From assembly GCA_964550915.1 (NCBI GenBank), contig CAZKBY010000001.1, positions 1 through 36,384 on the forward strand: DNA of 36,384 nt, given 5' to 3'. This document shows positions 1-8,779 of the stretch, one piece after another. Both the position numbers and the translations under genes were made by a program. The notes beneath the pieces were generated by a model. The model worked only from the letters and a program-made list of their open reading frames with translations, was not told where the DNA came from and did no database searches. Numbering within the stretch: position 1 is the first letter of the stretch; each line of letters opens with the position of its first letter. The stretch comes from an uncultured Eubacteriales bacterium. Its GTDB lineage: Bacteria; Acidobacteriota; Aminicenantia; Aminicenantales; UBA8522.

Positions 1-1502
1 GGCCACAGCACGAAGTCGGCCGCATGGCCGCCGAATTCCAGCGCCGGCGCAACTACTGCCTGATGCGGCTTAACGCCATCCCCAACATATCCTGCTTCAA
101 ACCCCATGGCGCTTTTTACCTTTTCCCGAATTTTTCTGCTTATTACGAGAAAGAAGCGGGCGGCGTCCTCATCAGGAATTCCTACGGACTGGCCTATTAT
201 TTGCTCAAGGAAGCAAAAGTGGCCATCGTGCCGGGCGATTCATTCGGTGCCGATAACCATATCCGCCTTTCCTATGCGACCTCGATGGAAAACCTGGAAA
301 AAGGGATGGACCGGATTATCGAGGCGGTCGCGAGACTCAAGACGCCGAAGAAAGTCAAGCGCGTTGCGCTCAATAACGCGGCTACACGGGTGAAGAAAGC
401 CGTGCCGGTTGACTCTTCGCTCCCGGTCAAGATGCGCGACGCTTTAGTGACCGAGATGGAGGGCCATCTCGTTGCGGAGAACTATTACGAATGGAACGCC
501 AATATTTCGGGTGTCGTCGTCCAGCTCAGGACCAACGTCTCCCATCTCTATGATTTTTGGGTGGAAAACTGGTACCCCGCCCAGCTCGAAGCAGACCTGG
601 AGCCCCACGGTATCATCTACGCCGTAGACGGGATCGCCGGGCGCGAGCCAAGGGCGTTTTACAACTCCGAGACGAAGACGGGCGTCCTCGTCAACACGGA
701 CAATTACGGCCCCCTGCGAAGCCTCGCCCTCGGTTTGGTCATGGATGTCACCGAAAGGCTTTACGGTGCGCATGCCGTGCGCGGTATGGCCGCTGCGGCA
801 GACGCCGGCGGGAAAGGACTGATCTTGGTCGGACCGCCCGGGACGCGCAAGACCGAGCTTTTCTTCGAGCTCCTTGAGGACAAGCGGTTTAAAATCCAGG
901 CCAATGATATAATCTTCGTCCGCTACGCTGGCGGAAAAGCTCAAGCAGACTGCGTCGAGAGAAAATTTTACATGCCGACGAATACCGTCGAGAGCTTCGC
1001 CCGCCTGGCGCCTCTTTTTGATTCAAGCAAGTGCGAAAACGTCATCACTCACAAAGAAGACTGCCAGGACGCGGCTTGCCTCAGGCTCGACGACTGCCGT
1101 CTCGACCGGGGCTCACCCTTCTGCTACAAAGCTTCAAAAGAAGCGCACGCCATGCTTGATCCATACTGGATCGGCGGGAAAACGGCCCATGCCAAGCGGA
1201 CGGCCCTGAGCTGGGTTTTCCTTCTCCGGTATGACACCTCATCGCCGGCCGTAGTCCAGGTGGAAAAAGAAGAAGCCCTGCGGATTCTTGAGTCTGGCGA
1301 ACCTCTTGGGCTAAAGAAGAGCCTCTCCCCGGCCAAACCCCAGCCTTACTACAACCCTCATTTGTTGGTGACGACCGAAGAACGACTGGAGCTCCAGAAG
1401 GCTTTTTTCAGCCGGCTGCTTGACGTTGCCACGTTCTATCTCTTCAACAGCGGAGTGGCTGGAGCAGAGGAGATCAAGAAAATCGTGTTGGGCGAGGAAT
1501 AA
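1..1502 (+). CDS. 5'-partial class I/II (AspC-type) aminotransferase C-terminus fused in frame to an HprK/PEPCK-like P-loop domain
   Basis: Frame 3 is open from the window edge, so the gene is 5'-partial. The first ~105 codons are the normal C-terminal end of a PLP aminotransferase (KPHGAFYLFPN, VAIVPGDSFG, HIRLSYATS). The frame continues ~385 codons. It contains HAVRG..GKGLILVGPPGTRKTELFFELL..ANDIIFV (nt ~771-920; P-loop at 831-857) and five Cys within 31 aa (nt 1032-1124). Confidence 0.7.
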   Translation, partial: PQHEVGRMAAEFQRRRNYCLMRLNAIPNISCFKPHGAFYLFPNFSAYYEKEAGGVLIRNSYGLAYYLLKEAKVAIVPGDSFGADNHIRLSYATSMENLEKGMDRIIEAVARLKTPKKVKRVALNNAATRVKKAVPVDSSLPVKMRDALVTEMEGHLVAENYYEWNANISGVVVQLRTNVSHLYDFWVENWYPAQLEADLEPHGIIYAVDGIAGREPRAFYNSETKTGVLVNTDNYGPLRSLALGLVMDVTERLYGAHAVRGMAAAADAGGKGLILVGPPGTRKTELFFELLEDKRFKIQANDIIFVRYAGGKAQADCVERKFYMPTNTVESFARLAPLFDSSKCENVITHKEDCQDAACLRLDDCRLDRGSPFCYKASKEAHAMLDPYWIGGKTAHAKRTALSWVFLLRYDTSSPAVVQVEKEEALRILESGEPLGLKKSLSPAKPQPYYNPHLLVTTEERLELQKAFFSRLLDVATFYLFNSGVAGAEEIKKIVLGEE

Positions 1503-1569
1503 CGCAATCCGTCCCCCTTTTACTAATCGAGATTACTCACGAAATGAAGCAAAAAAATCCTTTGGCTTC

Positions 1570-2139
1570 TTATAAAGTATCCGCCAGCCTGTCCTCCAAT
1601 TCCTGGGCCAGGAGATGGAGGAGCAGGAGGTGAACCTCCTGGATGCGGGGCGTGGAGGACGAGGGGACATCGAGAAGATAATCAGCCAAGGGACCAAGTT
1701 TTCCCCCGCCCTGGCCGGTCATGGCCACGGCGAGCAGGCCTTTTTGGCGGGCAGTTTTAAGGGCCTTGACAATGTTGGCTGACGTGCCACTTGTCGACAG
1801 CGCCAGCGCGATGTCCCCCTTGTTCCCCAGCGCCTCTACCTGCCGGCTGAAGACGTAATCATAGGCGGAATCGTTGGCAATCGACGTCAGAGTGGAGGTG
1901 TCTGTCGTGAGCGCGATCGCCCGGATGGGCTTCCGCACTCTCAGGAACTTATTCACTAACTCAGCGGCAAAATGTTGGGCTTCCGCTGCGCTCCCTCCGT
2001 TTCCGAAGACAAGGATCTTTCGGCCATTCCTCATCCCCGCCGTCACGGTCTCAACCATGCCGTTAAAAAGCTCCCTTTTCTTCTCGAAAAAGCTCTTGAT
2101 GATCCCATACAGCTCATCCTGAACCTCTCCGTAATCCAT
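1570..2139 (-). CDS. gmhA: D-sedoheptulose 7-phosphate isomerase (SIS domain, GmhA)
   Basis: 189 aa. FGNGGSAAEAQHFAAELV, LSTSGTSANIVKAL and IQEVHLLLLH align along the whole length with GmhA as I recall it. ATG is preceded by AAGGAG at 7 nt. Confidence 0.85.
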   Translation of the reverse strand: MDYGEVQDELYGIIKSFFEKKRELFNGMVETVTAGMRNGRKILVFGNGGSAAEAQHFAAELVNKFLRVRKPIRAIALTTDTSTLTSIANDSAYDYVFSRQVEALGNKGDIALALSTSGTSANIVKALKTARQKGLLAVAMTGQGGGKLGPLADYLLDVPSSSTPRIQEVHLLLLHLLAQELEDRLADTL

Positions 2140-2415
2140 TTGCTACTCCTTAGCTTTCACTTTTCTTCAGCTAAGCATTATATCCTATTTTAAGCCCAAG
2201 TTGTCCCGTTTGTTTTCTCTGCCTTCTGCTGTCTCCCGCCCAACTCTATGATTTCCCGTTTGAAATCAGGGACATGCGCCGATTTTATATTGCTCTTTCA
2301 TCGCGAAGTAAGCCCAACGATCTCTCCCGTCACCTTCAAATTATTTTCAAATCTTCTCCCGATTCCGAGATTTCTCGAATCTCATGGTCGCTTTGCTCAT
2401 CAACAACAGCCCTCG

Positions 2416-3114
2416 TCAATCCCCCAGCCCCGACTCGATAGTGCCCCTGACCCTTTCGATCAATATGGACATATTGCTTAGATTGTACCCCTCTACCGGA
2501 ACCGGGGCGTGAAAAAGGACATTCACGAGCCCCCGTTTCGTCGCTATTCGGCCGCGCGGCATGAGCTCAAAAGTTCCTCTGATGGTGATGGGCACGATCG
2601 GCGCCCCGCTTTCCAAGGCCAGAAAGAACCCTCCCCGTTTGAAGGCTTGAAGGCGGCCATCCCGGCTCCTCGTCCCCTCGGGGAAGATGAGGAAGGAGTA
2701 GCCCCGCTTGCGCATGAGCTGGATAGCTCTGGCAATGCTCCGCTTCCCTCCCCGCATCCTCTTGCGGTCAATCGGGACGAAGCCAACGTATCTCATCCCC
2801 ACGCCGATCACCGGAATCCGGAAGACCTCTTTCTTGAGAATAACCCGGATCGACCGAGGAATGAGCCAGAAAAGGAGCGGGCCGTCAAGGAAGCTCAGGT
2901 GGTTGGCCATGAAGATGTAGGCAGCTTTACGGTCCAGTTGCTCCCGGCCCTGGACTCTGACTTTGAGCCCTAACACCTTTGACCCGAGGCTCATGGCCCA
3001 CTTGGCAATCCCCAGGAGAGGGTCGCGAATCCCAAACGGCCAGAAGACCAGGAGCAGGACGAAAAGAAATATCGTCAGGATAATGTAAATCAGGATAAGA
3101 ATCGCTGTCCTCAT
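2416..3114 (-). CDS. plsC: 1-acyl-sn-glycerol-3-phosphate acyltransferase
   Basis: 232 aa with an N-terminal TM helix, the acyltransferase HX4D motif (NHLSFLD) and the FPEGTRS motif. Confidence 0.85.
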   Translation of the reverse strand: MRTAILILIYIILTIFLFVLLLVFWPFGIRDPLLGIAKWAMSLGSKVLGLKVRVQGREQLDRKAAYIFMANHLSFLDGPLLFWLIPRSIRVILKKEVFRIPVIGVGMRYVGFVPIDRKRMRGGKRSIARAIQLMRKRGYSFLIFPEGTRSRDGRLQAFKRGGFFLALESGAPIVPITIRGTFELMPRGRIATKRGLVNVLFHAPVPVEGYNLSNMSILIERVRGTIESGLGD

Positions 3115-3298
3115 GGTTAACTTGCTCGATTATATCATATAAGTAGGGATAAATTTCCACATTCGCATTGCGCATTGGGTTTCTTTGCCTAATTCAGCTA
3201 CCCGGCCAATTCCATAAAGAAACTCATGGCGCTTGCGTTCTGTCTTGCAACAGTCCTGTATTTTTTGTTTAATAAGGTCGATAAGAGTAAGAAAAAGA

Positions 3299-5260
3299 AT
3301 GCCGGGAAGAAGACAACAGCTTCCCCTTCCCGTTATCCTTGCTGCAGCCTTTGTTTTCCTGTTCTGCAGTCTGTTTTCTTTTTTTATATTCGAGCATATC
3401 CCGCATGTTAACGATGAAATCGGTTATCTCTTTCAGGCCAAAATATTCAGATCGGGCCGCCTCTACGCTCCATCACCTCCATGCCGAGAATTTTTTGATT
3501 TTCCCCATATTATCAACAATGGCCGATGGTATAGCATGTATCCTCCGGGCTACCCTTTTCTGCTGATGCTCGGTCTTGTCTTCGGAGTCCCCTGGCTTGT
3601 TAGTCCTCTTTTGGCCAGTTTATCCGTCATCATTTTCTATCTTTTAGGAAAGGAAATCTACAACCATAAAACTGGCCTCCTTGCTTCTCTCTTGGGGTCT
3701 GTTTCAATCTGGTTTCTGCTCATGTCATCAACGATGATGTCACACACAAGCAGCCTGTTTTTTAACACCCTGTTTCTTTTCTTCTTATTTCGCTCTCTCA
3801 AACAACCGACTTTTGCCAATGGACTGGCGGCAGCCACCTGTATTGGCATTGCCTTTCTCATCAGACCATATAATGCTCTTCTTTTTGCCGTCCCAGGAAT
3901 GATATATTACTCCGCCCTTATCTTCAAAAACCTAAAAGCAAGACTAAAAAACGCCCTGGCTCTCACTGTGACATCTTTGACCTTCGCTGGCCTCTTATTC
4001 CTTTACAATTTTCTTGCCAACGGGAACCCATTCTTGATGGGTTATATCATTCGCTACGGTAAAAGCTATTCTGTCATTTTCGGGCGGCCAGCGACAATGG
4101 ACTTCAATTACACCCCCCTCTTTGCGGTCACGCAGCTTGGAGATAATTTAAAAGCCTTAAATTCAGATTTATTTGGCTGGCCGCTGTCCTCTTTTCTAGC
4201 TCTTGTGCCGTTGCTTTGGCTCGCCAGGATAAGGCCCGAAGATAGAAAAAAAGACTTGCTTTTGGCGAGCACAATAGCCTTCTACCTGGTCGGCTTCTAC
4301 TTCTTCTGGGGCGCCTTTGTTTTTATCGGAGCCCGGATGTTTTTCGAATGTCTACCCCTCTTTTTTCTCTTAAGCGCGAGAGGACTATCAGAACTGCCCG
4401 GCTTTCTTGGCAAAGCCTTTAAAAGAGTCAAACCCAGAGCAGCCTCAAAGTTCATCACCGCCGCTGTGGTGATTTTTATTCTTTATGCCTTCCTTTATCG
4501 CTTTCCCCATCTTATCCGGCCGGCGCACGCCGGATGGCATTTCGACCGGTATGATTACAATTTTGCCGGGACAAATGATCATCTCAACAATACCTTACGA
4601 TCCCTGAACCTCAAGAATGCCGTCATCATCCTTAAATTTATCAATCGCCCTCCCAAGCCTTTTCCCGATGAAGGCGGATGGGGGGCTGGCTTTCTTTATA
4701 ACGCTCCGGACTTGAGGACAAATATCATTTATGTCCGGGACAGAATGAACGAGGAGGCAGAGCTTTTCTTCTGTTTTCCTGAATCGGATGTTTTTCTCTA
4801 TCTGGGGACGATCGAAAAAGGGATGCTTTTCCCCCTAAAGAAGGAGGCCCAAAATATTTTCCGAGGAGAGCCTATTTTATCAGCCCACAAGAGAAAAAAG
4901 TGCGTTGAATTAATCACCGACCCAAAGCTATTTTTCAAAATCTACTCAAAAGAATTTGGCGAATTCCTGGAATATCTTTTTAGGAATTATGATATCTGCC
5001 AAGTCAATGTAGACTGGCTCATTTCCCGCGGAAGGCGATCGATGGCCGATCGTGATTTCGAGCGGGCCGCTTTTTATTTTGAAGCCGCCCTCCAGGTGGA
5101 AAATGATCCGGAAACAAGAAGAACCATGCTCGATCTGCTCATCTCCTGTTACCAAAAATCAGGGCAACTGGATGAAGCCAAAAAAATCATTGATTTTATG
5201 GAGAAAATGAATTTTGATGAAAGAAAACTATATCTGGTATTGCCAGAGAGAGGCTTTTAG
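3299..5260 (+). CDS. Polytopic membrane protein, ArnT/PMT_2-like GT-C glycosyltransferase candidate with C-terminal TPR-like repeats
   Basis: Multiple hydrophobic helices. Acidic loop-1 motif HVNDEIGYLFQAKIF, followed by YPPGYPFLL. The C-terminal ~90 aa are TPR-like (FERAAFYFEAALQVENDPE..SGQLDEAKKI). The track start at 3233 is a TTG. The ATG at 3299 (MPGRRQQLPLPVIL) gives a basic N-terminus followed by a TM helix. Confidence 0.6.
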   Translation: MPGRRQQLPLPVILAAAFVFLFCSLFSFFIFEHIPHVNDEIGYLFQAKIFRSGRLYAPSPPCREFFDFPHIINNGRWYSMYPPGYPFLLMLGLVFGVPWLVSPLLASLSVIIFYLLGKEIYNHKTGLLASLLGSVSIWFLLMSSTMMSHTSSLFFNTLFLFFLFRSLKQPTFANGLAAATCIGIAFLIRPYNALLFAVPGMIYYSALIFKNLKARLKNALALTVTSLTFAGLLFLYNFLANGNPFLMGYIIRYGKSYSVIFGRPATMDFNYTPLFAVTQLGDNLKALNSDLFGWPLSSFLALVPLLWLARIRPEDRKKDLLLASTIAFYLVGFYFFWGAFVFIGARMFFECLPLFFLLSARGLSELPGFLGKAFKRVKPRAASKFITAAVVIFILYAFLYRFPHLIRPAHAGWHFDRYDYNFAGTNDHLNNTLRSLNLKNAVIILKFINRPPKPFPDEGGWGAGFLYNAPDLRTNIIYVRDRMNEEAELFFCFPESDVFLYLGTIEKGMLFPLKKEAQNIFRGEPILSAHKRKKCVELITDPKLFFKIYSKEFGEFLEYLFRNYDICQVNVDWLISRGRRSMADRDFERAAFYFEAALQVENDPETRRTMLDLLISCYQKSGQLDEAKKIIDFMEKMNFDERKLYLVLPERGF

Positions 5261-5301
5261 TTGCGCTTTGTAAGATTGATAGAAGAGACAGGGGATCGAG
5301 G

Positions 5302-6756
5302 ATGAAAAAGAATGAAGTATTTTTTCTTTCGCTATTAAGCTGCATTCTCGCAACTGTCCCATTCCTTGTCGTTAAATTTCCTCCTCTGACCGACCTCCCG
5401 CAGCATGTCGCTCAAGTCCGGCTTTTCGCCGACGCCCTCAGCAATCCCGCCACCCCATACCGAATTCAATGGATAACGCCTTACAGCCTTGTTTATGCGG
5501 TTCTCGGTGGAAGCTGGCTAATCTTTGGCCCGGAGAACGCCGGACGCCTGGGAATGCTGATTATCGTTATTTTTTGGGTTGTCATGCTCCATCTGCTGGC
5601 TCACAAGATGAAGCGGCCCCTCCTGGCCGCTTCTCTGGGCTCTGTCCTCTTTTTTGGTCACATCTTGTACTGGGGTTTCTACCAGTTCGCCTTCGGGTTG
5701 CCCTTTTTTATCGGATGGATTCTGCTCGCGAAAATTGAATTCCGAAGCCCCTGGAAAGAGGGCTTAGTGTTCTTCCTGGCTTCCATTGTTCTTTATACGG
5801 CCCATATTTTCTGGTTTCTTCTGGCCATCGGCTGGCTCGTCGCACGCCATATCATTTTTAAGGGCGACTTCAAAAGACTAATCCTCAGAATCGCCGTGGC
5901 CACACCTCTCGGTCTTTTAGGGATCGCCTGGTACCCTTCGCTGGCGGCCTATGGATTTAAATCTCAAACGATCTGGGCAACGACACCTTTCGAGAGGCTG
6001 TCGCCTGTCTGGCTCATCGATGCTTCCTTCGGTGGACTAAGAGGCCCCCTCGAGTATGTCTTTTTCGCTTTGCTTGTCGGTTGGGTTATCTTAGCATGTC
6101 TGCAGAACCGCCAAGCGCTTCTCTCAAAAACGGATAAAGAGCTTTTGCTTCTCAGTGCCCTTCTTTTCCTCCTGGCCCTTGTCCTGCCTGACAAGCAGAC
6201 GAATACGATCCGTTTCTGCCAGAGGTGGGTGCCTCCGGCATTCGCTTTTCTCCTGCTCAGCCTCCCCGAACTTCGGGTCAGGAAAAATATTCTAACAGCC
6301 GTTGTTTTGGCCATGGTTACGGTTTTTTTCGTTTTAACCTCCTTCAACTGGGTCGCCTTCGAATCCACTGAAATGTCGGGTCTTGAAGAATCTCTCGCAG
6401 TATTGCCCGAAGCTCCCCGTGTGCTCGGTTTAAGCTATGTCAAGGAGAGCACCATTGTTAAGGGACGGCCATTTATTCAAGTCTTCGCTTACAGCCAGGT
6501 CCTGCGAGGAGGGGAATTAAACTTTTCTTTCGCTGATTTCGGGCCGAGTCTCGTTGTTTACCGCCAGCGCCGCGTGCTTCCCTGGACCTCAGGGTTAGAA
6601 TGGTTTCCCGAAAAGGCCAGAAAAAGCGACTTTCAATTTTTCGACTATTCTCTGATTAATGCCGATGAAAAGCTTCACGGAGCCTTAGGCTCTGAGTCTG
6701 TGATTACACCAATAACTCGAGAAGGCCGCTGGCGGCTGTACAAAGTGGCTCATTGA
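5302..6756 (+). CDS. Polytopic membrane protein (about 10-11 helices) with a ~140-aa soluble C-terminal domain; function unknown
   Basis: 484-aa ORF with ATG preceded by GAGG. Hydrophobic helices run through about residue 340, followed by a soluble tail. I recognise no catalytic motif. Confidence 0.55.
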   Translation: MKKNEVFFLSLLSCILATVPFLVVKFPPLTDLPQHVAQVRLFADALSNPATPYRIQWITPYSLVYAVLGGSWLIFGPENAGRLGMLIIVIFWVVMLHLLAHKMKRPLLAASLGSVLFFGHILYWGFYQFAFGLPFFIGWILLAKIEFRSPWKEGLVFFLASIVLYTAHIFWFLLAIGWLVARHIIFKGDFKRLILRIAVATPLGLLGIAWYPSLAAYGFKSQTIWATTPFERLSPVWLIDASFGGLRGPLEYVFFALLVGWVILACLQNRQALLSKTDKELLLLSALLFLLALVLPDKQTNTIRFCQRWVPPAFAFLLLSLPELRVRKNILTAVVLAMVTVFFVLTSFNWVAFESTEMSGLEESLAVLPEAPRVLGLSYVKESTIVKGRPFIQVFAYSQVLRGGELNFSFADFGPSLVVYRQRRVLPWTSGLEWFPEKARKSDFQFFDYSLINADEKLHGALGSESVITPITREGRWRLYKVAH

Positions 6757-6804
6757 TTCTTGCTATGAATAATCCATATGAAACGATAGATATCAAGATC
6801 TAAA

Positions 6805-8772
6805 ATGCCTATTCTATTAATTATTCTTGGAGAAGGCGCGTGCTTGTATATTTTACTCATTCTGTTCCATTCGAGGAATAATTACCTCGCCCTTGACGTG
6901 GCCAAGGCGACGATCCTAAACCTTTTCCTTTCTATCTATGAGCTCATCATAATTGCAATCTTTCACCATCTTAGATGGCCGACTTTCTTGGCCTTCAAAG
7001 TCCTGATCATTGCGGCAATATTTTCATTCCTCAAAGCCAAGAACAAAATAAGGCTAAAGGACGAAATTGTGAAGCTAAACCTTAAACTGAATGATCATCT
7101 TAAGAAACCGCTGAACCTCTTTGTTCTATTCTTGCTTTTAATGATTTTTATCAACTCGCTCTGCAATTTCCCTCTCAAATGGGATTCTTATTCCTATCAC
7201 CTCCCGATGGCAGCGGCCTTCATTAAAACAGGCATTTTTAGTCACTATCAATATTATGGCGTGTCTATCGGATCCTACTATCCGCATGATATAGAACTTC
7301 TTTACAGCTTGATATTCTTGGCGAACGGGATCGAGATGTCTTCTCTTCCAAACTTTATTTCTCTCGTCCTCATTTTTCTCGGTTTATCCCTGATCATGCG
7401 AGATTTATTAAAAATGAAAGCTGATGTCTCAATCTCAGGGTCTCTATTATTTCTTTTCCTACCTCTTACATCCGGATATTTCTATGAGGCATATGTGGAT
7501 CTCTATTTCCTTTCTTTTGCCTTGTTTGCTATTTACTTTCTTATCAGGTTATTTACCACCTCAGATCTGCAATCCCTATTTTTTACCTTATTGCTGATGA
7601 ATCTTATGATGGGGACGAAATATCAAGGCCTGAGCTATGCCTTTTATACGATTCTTCTTCTCTGTTTTTTTATCCTCAAAAGCAAGCTGTGGCAGAGAAC
7701 CCACTGGCACAACTTCCTGATTCCGATATTCTTGCAGCCAGTTGGATGCTTTTTCTATCTGAGAAACTATCTACTGACAAAGAACCCGGTCTTCCCTTTG
7801 GATATTAATCTATTAAACCTGATTAAATTGCGAGGTTTCTATAAATATGGAATTTTATCCAAAGCGACATCGCTCTGGTCTACTTATAACCGGATAAAAC
7901 AAAATCTGGCGCCAATCCTTTTTTCCGAATTATCCGTAGGGTTATTCATATGTCTTTTTATTTGGATTTATTGTCTCGTTAACTATAAAACGATCAAACA
8001 AAAAATCATCAGAAATTCTTACTTCTATGTTCTCTTAGCGATTCTCGTCCTCTCATTTATCGAATATCTCATGATGCCATACACTGGCCTGAACACGGCG
8101 AGGGCGTTAAACTTTTCCTTAAGGCTTGGCCTGATATTTTTAGCGGCGTTTTTTCTGGTGTCTCTCTCAATCCTCTATTATTCTGAATTTAAGTATATCA
8201 TTCATCTTTGTATTACAGGTGCAATGCTTCTCCTTTTATCTGAACACATATCGACAATAAAAAACATTTTTCTTTCATTTTTCATTATAACTCTGTTTAT
8301 CATTTATAAAAGCTTAAGGAAAAACGGCACGGTTTTTGCCAGCTTTCTGATAATTTCTTGCCTGACGATAATTTTTCTCAGGCCAGAAATAAGAAAGTGG
8401 AAGAACTATTTTTATGACCTTAAAGGCCTCCCGAGAGCGAACCTGGCTTATGCGGGTCGAAACGTTCATTTTCAATTGTTTGATAAACACTTGAAGTACA
8501 AGGTCGTTTACATTAACGTTGATAGAAACCAGAATCTCAAATGGAACAAAGAAAAAAATCTGGATTATCACAAGAAAACCGGAGATTTTTTCGTTTGGCT
8601 AAGAAACATTCAGAAAGAAGATATTGATTATTTTGTCCTTTATGAGCTGAATGTGGACTATGTTGAAAAAAAATGGATTAACGAAAATCCGGATATCTTT
8701 CAAAAAGAGTTGCAGAATGTTTTCAAGATCAATAAGGAAGAGCTTCAAAAAGTCTTGCGGAAGGCGACCTAG
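6805..8772 (+). CDS. Polytopic membrane protein, GT-C-like glycosyltransferase candidate (AT-rich gene)
   Basis: 655 aa and very Phe/Ile/Leu/Tyr/Lys rich. Loop motif KWDSYSYHLPMAAAF follows the early helices. The soluble C-terminal ~110 aa are not TPR. No Shine-Dalgarno sequence upstream. Confidence 0.5.
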   Translation: MPILLIILGEGACLYILLILFHSRNNYLALDVAKATILNLFLSIYELIIIAIFHHLRWPTFLAFKVLIIAAIFSFLKAKNKIRLKDEIVKLNLKLNDHLKKPLNLFVLFLLLMIFINSLCNFPLKWDSYSYHLPMAAAFIKTGIFSHYQYYGVSIGSYYPHDIELLYSLIFLANGIEMSSLPNFISLVLIFLGLSLIMRDLLKMKADVSISGSLLFLFLPLTSGYFYEAYVDLYFLSFALFAIYFLIRLFTTSDLQSLFFTLLLMNLMMGTKYQGLSYAFYTILLLCFFILKSKLWQRTHWHNFLIPIFLQPVGCFFYLRNYLLTKNPVFPLDINLLNLIKLRGFYKYGILSKATSLWSTYNRIKQNLAPILFSELSVGLFICLFIWIYCLVNYKTIKQKIIRNSYFYVLLAILVLSFIEYLMMPYTGLNTARALNFSLRLGLIFLAAFFLVSLSILYYSEFKYIIHLCITGAMLLLLSEHISTIKNIFLSFFIITLFIIYKSLRKNGTVFASFLIISCLTIIFLRPEIRKWKNYFYDLKGLPRANLAYAGRNVHFQLFDKHLKYKVVYINVDRNQNLKWNKEKNLDYHKKTGDFFVWLRNIQKEDIDYFVLYELNVDYVEKKWINENPDIFQKELQNVFKINKEELQKVLRKAT

Positions 8773-8779
8773 AATAGAA

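Noticed and set aside
3233-3298. N-terminal extensions implied by the track starts at 3233, 10081, 13995 and 22322
   Set aside because: All four start codons are TTG in the DNA. In-frame ATGs a few codons downstream (3299, 10048, 13947, 22286) give N-termini that fit the protein families better. For pilB, MGSNLGELLL is the canonical N-terminus.
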